The notes beneath the pieces are model-generated. The model had not been told where the DNA came from and did not search any database. It worked only from the letters and a program-made list of their open reading frames with translations. From Chloroflexota bacterium (GTDB taxonomy: Bacteria; Chloroflexota; UBA11872; VXOZ01): 64,000 nucleotides of DNA. Location: contig OZ242272.1 in NCBI GenBank assembly GCA_965207135.1, positions 2,837,044 to 2,901,043 of the forward strand, given 5' to 3'. Numbering within the stretch: the stretch's first letter is position 1; each line of letters starts with the position of its first letter. Shown piece after piece: positions 1 to 9,219 of the stretch. Made by a program: the position numbers and the translations under genes.

Positions 1-200
1 TCCATTTCTTCCAGTGTCACTGTTGGACCATCATGCCGCAGCACACCGAACAGGCGGCCGATGGGGCGTACCTTGACGATCCGCACGTCCTCATCCTGGA
101 TGATATAGCGCACTCGATCCCCTGGTTGTAAGGCAAGGGCTTCCCGCACGGGCTTAGGTAGCGTTGTCTGGCCTTTCGTAGTAATACCAGATTCAATCAT
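1..200 (-). CDS. AbrB/MazE/SpoVT-type DNA-binding protein (antitoxin-like), N-terminal part. It starts at 200 and runs off the window start.
   Basis: The reverse-complement reading from the ATG at 200 gives MIESGITTKGQTTLPKPVREALALQPGDRVRYIIQDEDVRIVKVRP. This is a typical swapped-hairpin AbrB/MazE/VapB-like fold signature (KGQ..LPK..RE.LGL.PGD.V). No stop occurs before position 1, so it is not in the ORF track. Confidence 0.5.
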   Translation of the reverse strand, partial: MIESGITTKGQTTLPKPVREALALQPGDRVRYIIQDEDVRIVKVRPIGRLFGVLRHDGPTVTLEEM

Positions 201-549
201 TGTTAATCTCACTTTTGCATTGTCTATTGTTTCTATTTCTTACTAACTTCAGTATAGCAAAGGATATTATCGAATTGCATTGCTTATCAACTCCCTGTCC
301 GCGTTTGCATCGCGCCGACAAAGCGGATTTCGCTGGGAAATCCCCGAGACCCTTCCGGACCTCATGAAATAGCGCGTCGCAAAATGATCCCTAAGGGAGA
401 GGCCTGAATACCCTATCATGCCGCCCAGGACCCCACTCATCCGGGCCAAGTCCGTCGTCCAACAGCGGATAGCGGTCTGAAAGGCCGAATGTATAGGCTG
501 ACAGCCTCAGTTGGAGCCGCTGCGTATATACCATGAAATTGAAGAGACC

Positions 550-1116
550 CTAGGGATACCGCCCAATCAGGAGCACGGGAATCCAGGTAAGCCAGTACAC
601 AAGCATTACCAGAAGTCCAATTACAAACAAGAAGATGAAGAAAGGGACGAGTAGGGCAAACCGGAATAATCCACCGGCGAGCGGCAGCGCCAATAAGCGG
701 TTCGGCTGGGCCGGTTTCGCAAATTCAAGCCGTACGCCATCGCTAGACTTGAGCGAAAACCCAGGGTACGTATCGCTGAGGCCGAGTGCAAAGCAGTTGG
801 CTTTGGCTGTCAGCCGCATCGAACCAACGGCGAGGGCGTAGGCAGGCTCCCAATACTTGCCCGTAAAGAGCACGACAAACGCATTAATGATGCTAAGGAA
901 GGTCGCGCCGAAGTCTACGAACAAGAGCCAGAAACTTACCGGAATCACAATCACGAGCTTGACTGCGCCGCCAATCACCGGCAACGCCCACAGACGATTT
1001 GGATTCTGTGGGTATTCTATGGTCAGCGATGAGTGGTCTCTTGCTTGTGTGGGAGCGCCGCTGTTCATGGGCAAGTCTCCTGTTCTCTTCACCACCCGCG
1101 TCCAAGCGAATACCAA
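550..1116 (-). CDS. DUF4389-like integral membrane protein
   Basis: 188-aa ORF with two pairs of hydrophobic helices (PVIGGAVKLVIVIPVSFWLLFV... and LLVPFFIFLFVIGLLVMLVYWL). The repeated internal architecture is typical of the DUF4389 family. The family name is from memory. Confidence 0.5.
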   Translation of the reverse strand: MVFAWTRVVKRTGDLPMNSGAPTQARDHSSLTIEYPQNPNRLWALPVIGGAVKLVIVIPVSFWLLFVDFGATFLSIINAFVVLFTGKYWEPAYALAVGSMRLTAKANCFALGLSDTYPGFSLKSSDGVRLEFAKPAQPNRLLALPLAGGLFRFALLVPFFIFLFVIGLLVMLVYWLTWIPVLLIGRYP

Positions 1117-1361
1117 TGCACAGAGTCTTGTGAATATTGAGCACGAATTACGCGGGACAAGACTACTCTACCGGCTCAATGCAACCATGACAAACCAAGT
1201 TGCAATCGCATTGGACAACTGTCTTGGCGCGCTTCTCGATCCGTTGGGTCACTCATCACCGTGGCACGTGGTTTGCCGCCCACAATTTGACGTACACTGA
1301 TTGGAGCCATGTTTCGCTACTGACCACGCACCAGGCAGAAACCTGCGCAAAGGAACATCAC

Positions 1362-2525
1362 ATGATCCGAATCACGAGCGATTTCGAGTGCGGCAACGGC
1401 AAGGAAATCGAGCAAGTGGCGGCGGACCACTTCCGCCTCCAGGTCGACGGCGACAAGCAGAGCGGCTACTGCGCGTACTTTTGTTTCGATGTGATCAGCG
1501 AGGGGCCGGCGGCAGACGTGACCATCGAGCTGTGGGAAGATGCAAAATTCGAGAAGCCCACCGGTTTCCGCACGCTCTTCCCCACGACAATCTGGTTCAA
1601 GCCGGTGGATTTCCACCGTTACCGCCCCTTGCCCGGCACGCCGCCCGCCAGCAGCGGGGGTCACATCACCTTCACCGTGCCGGTAGAGCAAGACCAGAGC
1701 GTGCGGGTCGCTATGACGTACGTGGCGCCGTACAGCGAGGTCGCCGCGCTGCTGCGCGAATATGCAGAAAGACGCGCCGACCGCTGTAAACGCTTCTCGG
1801 TGGGGACGACCGTGCAGGGACGGGAAATCCTGGGACTGCGCGCGGGCACGCCGGGCAAGCCGAAACTCTTCTGCGTGGCCGGCCAGCATCCCCACGAACA
1901 CGCCGGTGTGTGGGGCGTATTCGGCATTGCCGACTTCATCTCTTCAGCGTTGCCGGAGGCTGAAGCGCTGCGCGACCAACTCGACGTGTATGTCGTGCCC
2001 ACGGTGAACCCGGACGGCAACGTGCTCGGCAGGAACGCCTTCAATGCGGAGGGTTTCGACATGTATCAGGCCTTCGGCGATACCCCCGATGCCGCCCTGC
2101 CGGAAGCGCATGAAAGCCGCCTGCTCTGGAACTGGGTAGCCACGGAACAGCCTGCGCTCTGGCTGAACTTTCACTGCTTCACCGGCTGGCGGCTCAATAG
2201 CGAGTTTCCCTACGACGGCTGGTATGAGGTGGAAGACTACGGCCTGTTCAGCGATCCTGTTCAGCGCCGGCTCTATAGCGCCATCTGCGACACGATGCGC
2301 CTGGAAACCGACGGTCCCTCCACCCACGAGCGCGCGAGCATCCACCAGCCCAATACGCTTTGCTACCAATTCGCTAAACGCCTTGGCCTTCCCCATGCCT
2401 TTTATGAAATAAACAACGGCACGGCGGGCAAGCACCTGGGCGCGCAGCGGGCGATTCACGTCTTCAAGCGGGTGACGAACACGCTGCTGCATCTCTCGGA
2501 GACCTCTCCGGTGACGAGAACATGA
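1362..2525 (+). CDS. M14-family zinc carboxypeptidase-like protein
   Basis: HxxE zinc-ligand motif in GQHPHEHAG and an NPDG motif (VVPTVNPDGNVLG). An internal ATG at 1362 (MIRITSDFECGNGK) is preferred over the track start at 1200. Confidence 0.7.
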   Translation: MIRITSDFECGNGKEIEQVAADHFRLQVDGDKQSGYCAYFCFDVISEGPAADVTIELWEDAKFEKPTGFRTLFPTTIWFKPVDFHRYRPLPGTPPASSGGHITFTVPVEQDQSVRVAMTYVAPYSEVAALLREYAERRADRCKRFSVGTTVQGREILGLRAGTPGKPKLFCVAGQHPHEHAGVWGVFGIADFISSALPEAEALRDQLDVYVVPTVNPDGNVLGRNAFNAEGFDMYQAFGDTPDAALPEAHESRLLWNWVATEQPALWLNFHCFTGWRLNSEFPYDGWYEVEDYGLFSDPVQRRLYSAICDTMRLETDGPSTHERASIHQPNTLCYQFAKRLGLPHAFYEINNGTAGKHLGAQRAIHVFKRVTNTLLHLSETSPVTRT

Positions 2526-2759
2526 GTGTCAATCCAGTGAGTACAGCGCATACCGCCAGATAAATCGTCACTAGACTGTTGGGGCGACGCCAATTCCACG
2601 ACACCTAAGCCCGATGACCACAGGATGAGTCGCTGTTGAGCCCGAGTTTCTTGGTCGACTCCGGAAAGACTATTCAAGGCGCCTACTTTCGTTTTCACAG
2701 GTACGGCAGTTTCCCTTTTTTTACGTGGTGTGGTAACCACTTTACTCGCTGCCATAAAC

Positions 2760-2787
2760 TTGACAAAAAAAAACACTAGTGTGTTAT
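2760..2787 (+). promoter_or_regulatory. Candidate sigma70-like promoter (TTGACA-N16-TGTTAT) upstream of the metzincin gene
   Basis: A perfect TTGACA at 2760-2765 sits in an AT-rich intergenic stretch about 90 nt upstream of the 2873 CDS. The -10 element is weak. Confidence 0.3.
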
Positions 2788-2872
2788 CTATACAGAATCA
2801 CATAGATGCGGTAATTCTGTCTCATCTTGGAAGGAAGTATTGAATGCAAGTCAAGAATGAGTCGCGGCGACA

Positions 2873-3436
2873 TTGGATTCGCCAGGTGAAAGGGAACCGA
2901 CAATGGTTGGCCGAGAGCTAATACATCGAGCAGGCGTAAGCATTACACTTGTAGTGAGCAGCATGCTTCTCCTTACAATGCCGTTACTCGCCCACTACTT
3001 TCTTGGATATAGCGCAGTGGACGTAGGTGACAATGGACGCGAAATCCGCTGGCTGGATTATACCCAGTACGATGATGCGCGCTCTTGGGCAATTGACCAG
3101 TGGCACGCACAAGGCAAAGTGGCAATTTTACCACAAGCTGCAGGACACATCGTCGACCTCGAATGGCGTGACTACAATGACTGTGGCCCGGATGCCTACA
3201 TTGCATATTATCAATACTATCCGTATGGTATTGACAAAGTATACATGAACACGTGCAAGATGAATAGCAAGACATCTGCACAGAAGCGGTCCGTGGCAGT
3301 GCACGAGCAAGGCCATGCCTTAGGGCTGGCCCATAATCCAAGTAATGATCAGATTATGTATGAGTTCCCCGCGTCAATAGCTTACACCACGCCGCAGGCG
3401 CATGACCTCCAGGATTATCACGAACTTTGGCCCTAA
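2873..3436 (+). CDS. Secreted metzincin zinc metalloprotease, snapalysin/M7-like
   Basis: HEQGHALGLAH (HExxHxxGxxH) is followed by a Met-turn in IMYEFP. The N-terminus has a hydrophobic signal/anchor (ITLVVSSMLLLTMPLLA). The size, about 180 aa, is typical of snapalysin-like enzymes. The start could instead be the internal Met at 2903. Confidence 0.7.
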   Translation: MDSPGEREPTMVGRELIHRAGVSITLVVSSMLLLTMPLLAHYFLGYSAVDVGDNGREIRWLDYTQYDDARSWAIDQWHAQGKVAILPQAAGHIVDLEWRDYNDCGPDAYIAYYQYYPYGIDKVYMNTCKMNSKTSAQKRSVAVHEQGHALGLAHNPSNDQIMYEFPASIAYTTPQAHDLQDYHELWP

Positions 3437-3515
3437 TGAGCAATTGCTCGGGAAGATGCAGCGCACCGCTGGTGCTGCGCAAGAGTCCAAGTGTAGTTGG
3501 AAGAAAGTAGGTACG

Positions 3516-4109
3516 ATGAAGGCCATAGTGCGAAGTATGAACTTGCTCTTGGGAACGCTCCTCTGCGTTCTAGCCGTTACAGGTTGCGGCACTGCCGGCC
3601 CGCAGACCACTGGCTCGTGGTCGTTTAATCACAAGGACATTCGCAAGGTGGTGGGCGCCTCCACCCACATATTCGTCGGTCGGGTAGTGGCAGTGGAGGG
3701 CAACAAAGGAATACCGACGTCAGGGCCAGGCAATGAGTTTATCCCGCAGACGCAATTCTCTGTAGAAGTGCTGGAGAACATCAAGGGTGAGCTCTCCGGG
3801 ACCGTAACGGTGAACCAAATGGGTGGGACCGATGTCAGCGGCACCGTCGTGGTCATGAAGGGAGATACACTCCTTGAAGTTGGCGAGACCTACCTGCTAG
3901 CCACATGGCATAGCTCAGATGATGGCTGGCATAGCATCGTAGCCGAAGGCTATGGAAACGTGAAGGTTGAAGATGCAGATAAGCGGTCACGAGAAGTGGA
4001 GCGATATCGCTCGGCAATAGTGCATCAGATACTGCCGTCATCCCCTGAATTCGAGCAAGTTGGAACAGTACCGGTTGAATTCAGGCTGCCGAATGCGTCT
4101 GAACGCTAG
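3516..4109 (+). CDS. Hypothetical lipoprotein
   Basis: Start at the internal ATG 3516 (MKAIVRSMNLLLGTLLCVLAVTGCG) with a lipobox LAVTGC. The gene overlaps the 3' end of the protease gene in another frame. No recognisable domain. Confidence 0.55.
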   Translation: MKAIVRSMNLLLGTLLCVLAVTGCGTAGPQTTGSWSFNHKDIRKVVGASTHIFVGRVVAVEGNKGIPTSGPGNEFIPQTQFSVEVLENIKGELSGTVTVNQMGGTDVSGTVVVMKGDTLLEVGETYLLATWHSSDDGWHSIVAEGYGNVKVEDADKRSREVERYRSAIVHQILPSSPEFEQVGTVPVEFRLPNASER

Positions 4110-4262
4110 GTCTGCCTACAGAGGAGTCGCGGCGAATCCTGGTTGGCTTGTCAGCTTGGTGAAACAGGTGGGAATGGACAAATAGCATAGGGACATGAGA
4201 TGTACTGCTCCCATGGTGTTGCATCCCTTTCTCGCGCTATCCCCATTCAGATGTCTGTGCCG

Positions 4263-6752
4263 CTACGCCGTAGCCTTCACCCGATTCAGTTCCGGGTGTA
4301 GTGCAAGGGCGAGGACTTCGCTCACATTCTCAACCGGGTGAAACGTTATGTCGTCCCGCACGTGTTCCGGGATGTCAACCAAGTCTTTCGTATTCTCCTT
4401 CGGCAAGATGATCGTGCGGATACCGGCGCGGTGCGCGGCGAGTACTTTTTCCTTGAGGCCGCCGATAGGCAGCACGCGGCCGCGCAGAGTCATTTCGCCC
4501 GTCATGGCCACGTCACGCCGCACCGCCCGCTCGGTAAGCGCTGAGATGAGCGCCGTCGTGAGCGTAATGCCGGCGCTCGGGCCCTCTTTCGGCACGCCGC
4601 CCGCGGGCACATGTATGTGGACGTCCAGTTTTTCCCAATTGAAGTCCTGCAGGCGCAGTCGCTTTGCGTGCACGCGGGCGTAGCTTAATGCCGCGCGACC
4701 GGATTCCTTCATCACTTCACCGAGTTTGCCGGTCAACAGGAGTTTGCCCTTGCCTGGCACGAGGGTTACTTCCACCGCGATGATATCGCCGCCGAACACC
4801 GTCCAAACGAGACCTGTTGCCGTGCCGACTTGGTCTACGTCTTCCGCCATGCCATAGAAGAACTGGGGCGCGCCCAGAAACGTATTCAGGTTCCGCGTGC
4901 TCACTGAGACCGTTGCGTTCTCGCCCTCTGCATGCTTGCGCGCGACCTTGCGGCAGACCGTCGCCACCTGTCGTTCCAGATTGCGCACGCCCGCCTCCCG
5001 CGTGTACTGGCGCACCATGCGGCGCAACGCGCCTTCGGTAAAGCGCACGTTGCTCTTCTTCAAGCCGTGCTCGGCCCGCTGCTTCGGCACAATGTAACGA
5101 GTGGCGATGGGCAGCTTGTCTTCCTCGGTATAGCCGGGAAGTTCGATCACTTCCATCCGGTCGCGCAACGCAACTGCCAAAGTGTCTACGGTGTTGCCCG
5201 TAGTTATAAAAATGACGTTTGAGAGATCGTAGGGCACCTCAAGATAGTGGTCCGAGAAGGCGTAGTTTTGCTCCGGGTCCAGCACCTCCAGCAAGGCCGC
5301 CGACGGGTCCCCGCGAAAGTCTGCGCCCATCTTCTCGATCTCGTCCAGCATGAAGACAGGATTTACGGTGCCCACTTGGCGCATGGCCTGCAGAATTCGC
5401 CCCGGCAAAGCCCCCACGTAGGTGCGCCGATGGCCGCGAATCTCGGCCTCGTCACGAATTCCGCCCAGAGACATGCGCACGAATTTTCTGCCCAGTGCTT
5501 GCGCAATCGAAAGGCCTAGGGATGTCTTGCCCACTCCGGGCGGCCCCACGAAGCAGAGAATTGGCGTGCGCACGTCGGGCGCAAGCTTGCGCACCGCGAT
5601 GTATTCGAGGATGCGTTCCTTAACTTTGGGCAGGCCGAAGTGATTCTTGTCTAAGACCTTGGTCGCGTGCTCGATATCGAGATCGTCTTGGCTCGGCTCT
5701 CCCCACGGCAGCGCCAGCAGCCAATCAAGATACGTCTGGATAACGCTCACTTCCGGGCTGGCCGTGGGCATTGCTTCCAACCGGTCGAGCTCTTTGTACG
5801 CCTTCTCTCTTACATCCTCAGGCAGTGGAGTCTCCTCCACGCGCTCGCGCAGCGCGGCAATGTCGCTACTGACCTGATCGGTCTCTCCCAGCTCTTTATG
5901 GATGAGCTTAAGTTGCTCGCGCAAGAAGCGCTCGTGCTCCTCAGCGTCCGTGGCGGTGGGCGCGGCATCCTCGTCGATCTTCTGTTGCAACGCCAGAATC
6001 TCTAACTCGCGCCGCAGGTGGGAGATCACCTTTTCCACACGAGCGGTCACTTCGAGCTCTTCCAGCAACTCCTGTTGCACCGGCGTCGTCAGATCGATAG
6101 TGTACGCGATGAGGTCTGCCAGGGCGCCTGCGTCATTTGTGTTGATTGCTTGCACGTACGCCTCTTCGGGAAGGTCCTTGCTGAGTTCCACCGCTTCCTT
6201 GAAGAGCGCGAGCATGGCTTGCATCTGAGCCGCTAGCTCATCTCCATCCGCGGCCGGTGGCTCAACGACAATCGCCTGCACGCGTATGTGCGGGTCCATT
6301 TGAAGAAAGTGGGTAATGGCAAGTCGGCGTTTCCCATCAACCAGAATGCTCACGCTGCCGTCCGGCATCTTGAGCGTCCGGCGTATCGAGACCTCCACAC
6401 CCACAAGGTAGAAGTCTTCAGGATTAATGTCGTCGATCGTTGGGTCGCGCTGTGTGACCACGAATAGGCGCCGGTCGCTGTCGAGCGCATTGCTCACGGC
6501 CTCCAAGGACCGTTCGCGCGCCACGATCAGCGGCACCGTCATGCCTGGGAACACCACCTGGTCGCGAATTGCCAGCACCGGCAATTCAACCGGATGCAGC
6601 ATGGCCTCCATCAAGTCCACCTGCTGGTCGCGGCGGCCCCCGGATCGCGACTTCCGCCGCTTGGCTCCGTCTCCGTTCGCGGTCGCCGCCTCAGAGCGCT
6701 CTTTCGTAGATTTCTGTTTTTTGTCTGCCACTGCCTCGTTCTCTCTTGCCAT
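4263..6752 (-). CDS. lon: ATP-dependent protease La (Lon)
   Basis: Walker A GPPGVGKTS, a Lon substrate-binding N-domain, and the proteolytic Ser motif PKEGPSAG. The start is taken at MARENEAVADKK (ATG at 6752). Confidence 0.93.
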   Translation of the reverse strand: MARENEAVADKKQKSTKERSEAATANGDGAKRRKSRSGGRRDQQVDLMEAMLHPVELPVLAIRDQVVFPGMTVPLIVARERSLEAVSNALDSDRRLFVVTQRDPTIDDINPEDFYLVGVEVSIRRTLKMPDGSVSILVDGKRRLAITHFLQMDPHIRVQAIVVEPPAADGDELAAQMQAMLALFKEAVELSKDLPEEAYVQAINTNDAGALADLIAYTIDLTTPVQQELLEELEVTARVEKVISHLRRELEILALQQKIDEDAAPTATDAEEHERFLREQLKLIHKELGETDQVSSDIAALRERVEETPLPEDVREKAYKELDRLEAMPTASPEVSVIQTYLDWLLALPWGEPSQDDLDIEHATKVLDKNHFGLPKVKERILEYIAVRKLAPDVRTPILCFVGPPGVGKTSLGLSIAQALGRKFVRMSLGGIRDEAEIRGHRRTYVGALPGRILQAMRQVGTVNPVFMLDEIEKMGADFRGDPSAALLEVLDPEQNYAFSDHYLEVPYDLSNVIFITTGNTVDTLAVALRDRMEVIELPGYTEEDKLPIATRYIVPKQRAEHGLKKSNVRFTEGALRRMVRQYTREAGVRNLERQVATVCRKVARKHAEGENATVSVSTRNLNTFLGAPQFFYGMAEDVDQVGTATGLVWTVFGGDIIAVEVTLVPGKGKLLLTGKLGEVMKESGRAALSYARVHAKRLRLQDFNWEKLDVHIHVPAGGVPKEGPSAGITLTTALISALTERAVRRDVAMTGEMTLRGRVLPIGGLKEKVLAAHRAGIRTIILPKENTKDLVDIPEHVRDDITFHPVENVSEVLALALHPELNRVKATA

Positions 6753-6766
6753 AAACTTTAATTCAC

Positions 6767-7435
6767 CTATGTGGTCGCAAGACCACACCGTTTCAACAAA
6801 GCTGCGGGATTCTCCCGGCTAATTGCTTCGATCTGCGCTCGCTCCAGTCCCGCACCAAGTATGATATTGGCCACCACGGACTCCGTGAGCAGGTCTCCCG
6901 GCGCGTGCGTGTCACTGTTCACGATCATGACAGCGCCGACTTGCTGACAGACCCGCGCCACGCAACCGTTAGCGGCGCTGTGTCCCTTGCGCGCGCTGAG
7001 CTCAAATGCCAGGCCGCGCTCGCAGCCAACGCGGGCATCTGCCGCCGTCAGCAGGCCGGGATGCGCCAGGACATCAACCGCCGCGCACTCCGCCGCCGCG
7101 GCATTTGTGCCCGGCGGCACGGGCTCCGAAATCGTCTCGCCGTGGACCGCTACCACTTGGGCCCCCGCCGCTTTGCAGCGTTCTGCGAGCGCGCCGAGTG
7201 CCCGCGGCGCCACGTGCGTAATCTCTACGCCGGCAAGCGCGGTGATAGGCAGTTCCCGGTTTATGACTTCACATTCACGCAGCAAGGCTTCGCAGACGTA
7301 CTGATAGTTAGCGTACCCCACGTGATCGGTGATAGCTATTGCCCGGTAGCCGACGGCAACGGCGCGCTGCACAAGCTCCGCGGGAGAGAGCACCCCATCG
7401 CTGAGGAACGTATGGGAGTGAAAATCAATAATCAT
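6767..7435 (-). CDS. PHP-domain metal-dependent phosphoesterase
   Basis: N-terminal MIIDFHSHTFLSDG...AIAITDHV PHP signature with downstream His/Asp ligands. It lies 14 nt upstream of lon on the same strand. Confidence 0.75.
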   Translation of the reverse strand: MIIDFHSHTFLSDGVLSPAELVQRAVAVGYRAIAITDHVGYANYQYVCEALLRECEVINRELPITALAGVEITHVAPRALGALAERCKAAGAQVVAVHGETISEPVPPGTNAAAAECAAVDVLAHPGLLTAADARVGCERGLAFELSARKGHSAANGCVARVCQQVGAVMIVNSDTHAPGDLLTESVVANIILGAGLERAQIEAISRENPAALLKRCGLATT

Positions 7436-7533
7436 TCGTGCAACGCATCAGTGACTGCCTAACCTCAAGTGAATTCCTACACTCAGTGTACCTAAGCGGA
7501 AGGAACGGCTACAAACCGCGGCGAGCGCACGGT

Positions 7534-9132
7534 CTATTTGACAAATGCCCGCAGCTCTTTCGCAATCTCCCCGCTGTTCACCACGGTTACGTCCCCCGCA
7601 CTGGCAAAATCAGTATCGACCCGCCACCACTGGAAGGCAGCCCGCTGCGCGCGCACAACGACGACGTTGCCATAGTCCTGCACGCCCATGGGCAGCCCAT
7701 AGCGCTCCAGCCAATTGGGCGTTCCCAATACAAAACTGGAAATCGCGGGTGCGCTGTCCATCAGGGCAACGTGCCGGGCAACTACCTCTTCCCAATCAAG
7801 CCCGTCATCGCCGGACGTATCCGCCGGCCGCGGGATGAGATATTTGGTAGCAAGCACTGAATCGAAGCCCTTGGCGCTAAGGATGTCAAAAACATTCAGG
7901 TAGGCGAACGTCTGGGTTTCGGGTTGCCATTGCAACACGCCTTTTTGGAAGAACTGGGTCGGCTTGCCCTCAAAGGTAATGGCGCGAGTGAGGGGATAAC
8001 CCAGCGCTCCGGGTCCTCCCACCCGCCGAAACTCCGCGAGAAACGGCACCGCGTGATACCAGTCCGAATCATCCACAACGTCGTAACACGGTATCGTCAC
8101 TCTGTTTCCGGCAAGCGTGGGCGTTTGGCCCGTTGTCTGACTGTAGCACGCAAACTCTCCAGTAACGTATTCGGTGAGCAAGCGCGGCGTCCCCTTTACA
8201 AAGCGCAACTGGATTGTGCGCGGCACGTACGCAGACTGTGTGGAAAACGACCACGAGCGCGCAAACGAGCCAACCCTGCTCCCGGCGGCATTTCCTGAAA
8301 CGCTTACGGTAAATGTTTGCCCCGCGCCGAGAGGAAGCTGGGTCATAAAGTAAGCCCAACCATCATCATCAACCCGGAGGAAGGGCAAAGACACTCCCGC
8401 TTGGTCAACGATCTCAATGTCCGTAATCTCGATCGGCTCCTTCTCCCAGGGCGACGTGCCGATGCTGATGGGACTGCCGACGAAGCCGTCGCGGCCCGGC
8501 AATGGGTTCGGCCGTTCCGTCCGCGGCAGGAATTCAGGCGGCACCGCCGTTTGCCCATTCCCGGGATAGGTGTAGAGGCGGTCCACGTCCGGCGCGCCGA
8601 CAAGACATCCACCTAGATTGAAAACACTGCCGTTATCGCTCTGCCCAAACCCCACGCGCGTGAGGGCCGGGTGCAACATGACTGTGCGGTGATAGACGCT
8701 GTTTACCAGGGCCTCCACCGCCGCTATCGGATCCTTACCAATAGTGGAGGCAGACTCGCCCGAGCATCTTCCGGTAAACCCCGCAGCCTTCATGCGGTCT
8801 GCGGGCGTCACGCCGGTGAAACCGAAACTCAGTGGGTCTTGCGCATGCCCGGTGAATCCATTGACTGCATAATACGCCGCGTGTCCCACTGCCGCTCGCT
8901 GCAACGCGGAGTCGACTTGCACAAGCGGCACCTGCGCATGCGCCCGCAATTCGTTCAGCCGCGCGACGGCTTGCGCTTGGGGCGTGGTTCCCGCCGCCTG
9001 GATTGGCGCCAGCGGTGCGAATAGCACACATAGAACGACAAGCGTGAATGCCGCCAAGGACTGCCTGAAGCTCCAGCCAGGACAAGCTGTCGCCGTGGAA
9101 GGGGAATAGTTCCCTGAGGATTGCCGATCCAT
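7534..9132 (-). CDS. Secreted CAP/SCP-domain protein with a C-terminal extension
   Basis: N-terminal signal (FTLVVLCVLFAPLAPIQAAG). A CAP-like block (LNELRAHAQVPLVQVDSALQRAAVGHAAYYAVNGFTGHAQD) is followed by about 300 aa of unknown function. Confidence 0.55.
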   Translation of the reverse strand: MDRQSSGNYSPSTATACPGWSFRQSLAAFTLVVLCVLFAPLAPIQAAGTTPQAQAVARLNELRAHAQVPLVQVDSALQRAAVGHAAYYAVNGFTGHAQDPLSFGFTGVTPADRMKAAGFTGRCSGESASTIGKDPIAAVEALVNSVYHRTVMLHPALTRVGFGQSDNGSVFNLGGCLVGAPDVDRLYTYPGNGQTAVPPEFLPRTERPNPLPGRDGFVGSPISIGTSPWEKEPIEITDIEIVDQAGVSLPFLRVDDDGWAYFMTQLPLGAGQTFTVSVSGNAAGSRVGSFARSWSFSTQSAYVPRTIQLRFVKGTPRLLTEYVTGEFACYSQTTGQTPTLAGNRVTIPCYDVVDDSDWYHAVPFLAEFRRVGGPGALGYPLTRAITFEGKPTQFFQKGVLQWQPETQTFAYLNVFDILSAKGFDSVLATKYLIPRPADTSGDDGLDWEEVVARHVALMDSAPAISSFVLGTPNWLERYGLPMGVQDYGNVVVVRAQRAAFQWWRVDTDFASAGDVTVVNSGEIAKELRAFVK

Positions 9133-9219
9133 GAAAACTTGATGATTCTACAAGCTCAACCCAGCAAAGCGGGCACACTGCCTACTTCTAGGATAAACCC
9201 ACACCGCATATTTCGTCAG

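Noticed and set aside
267-449. 60-aa minus-strand ORF in the AT-rich region
   Set aside because: No RBS, Arg/Ser-rich composition, and it overlaps the probable promoter region of the AbrB-like gene.
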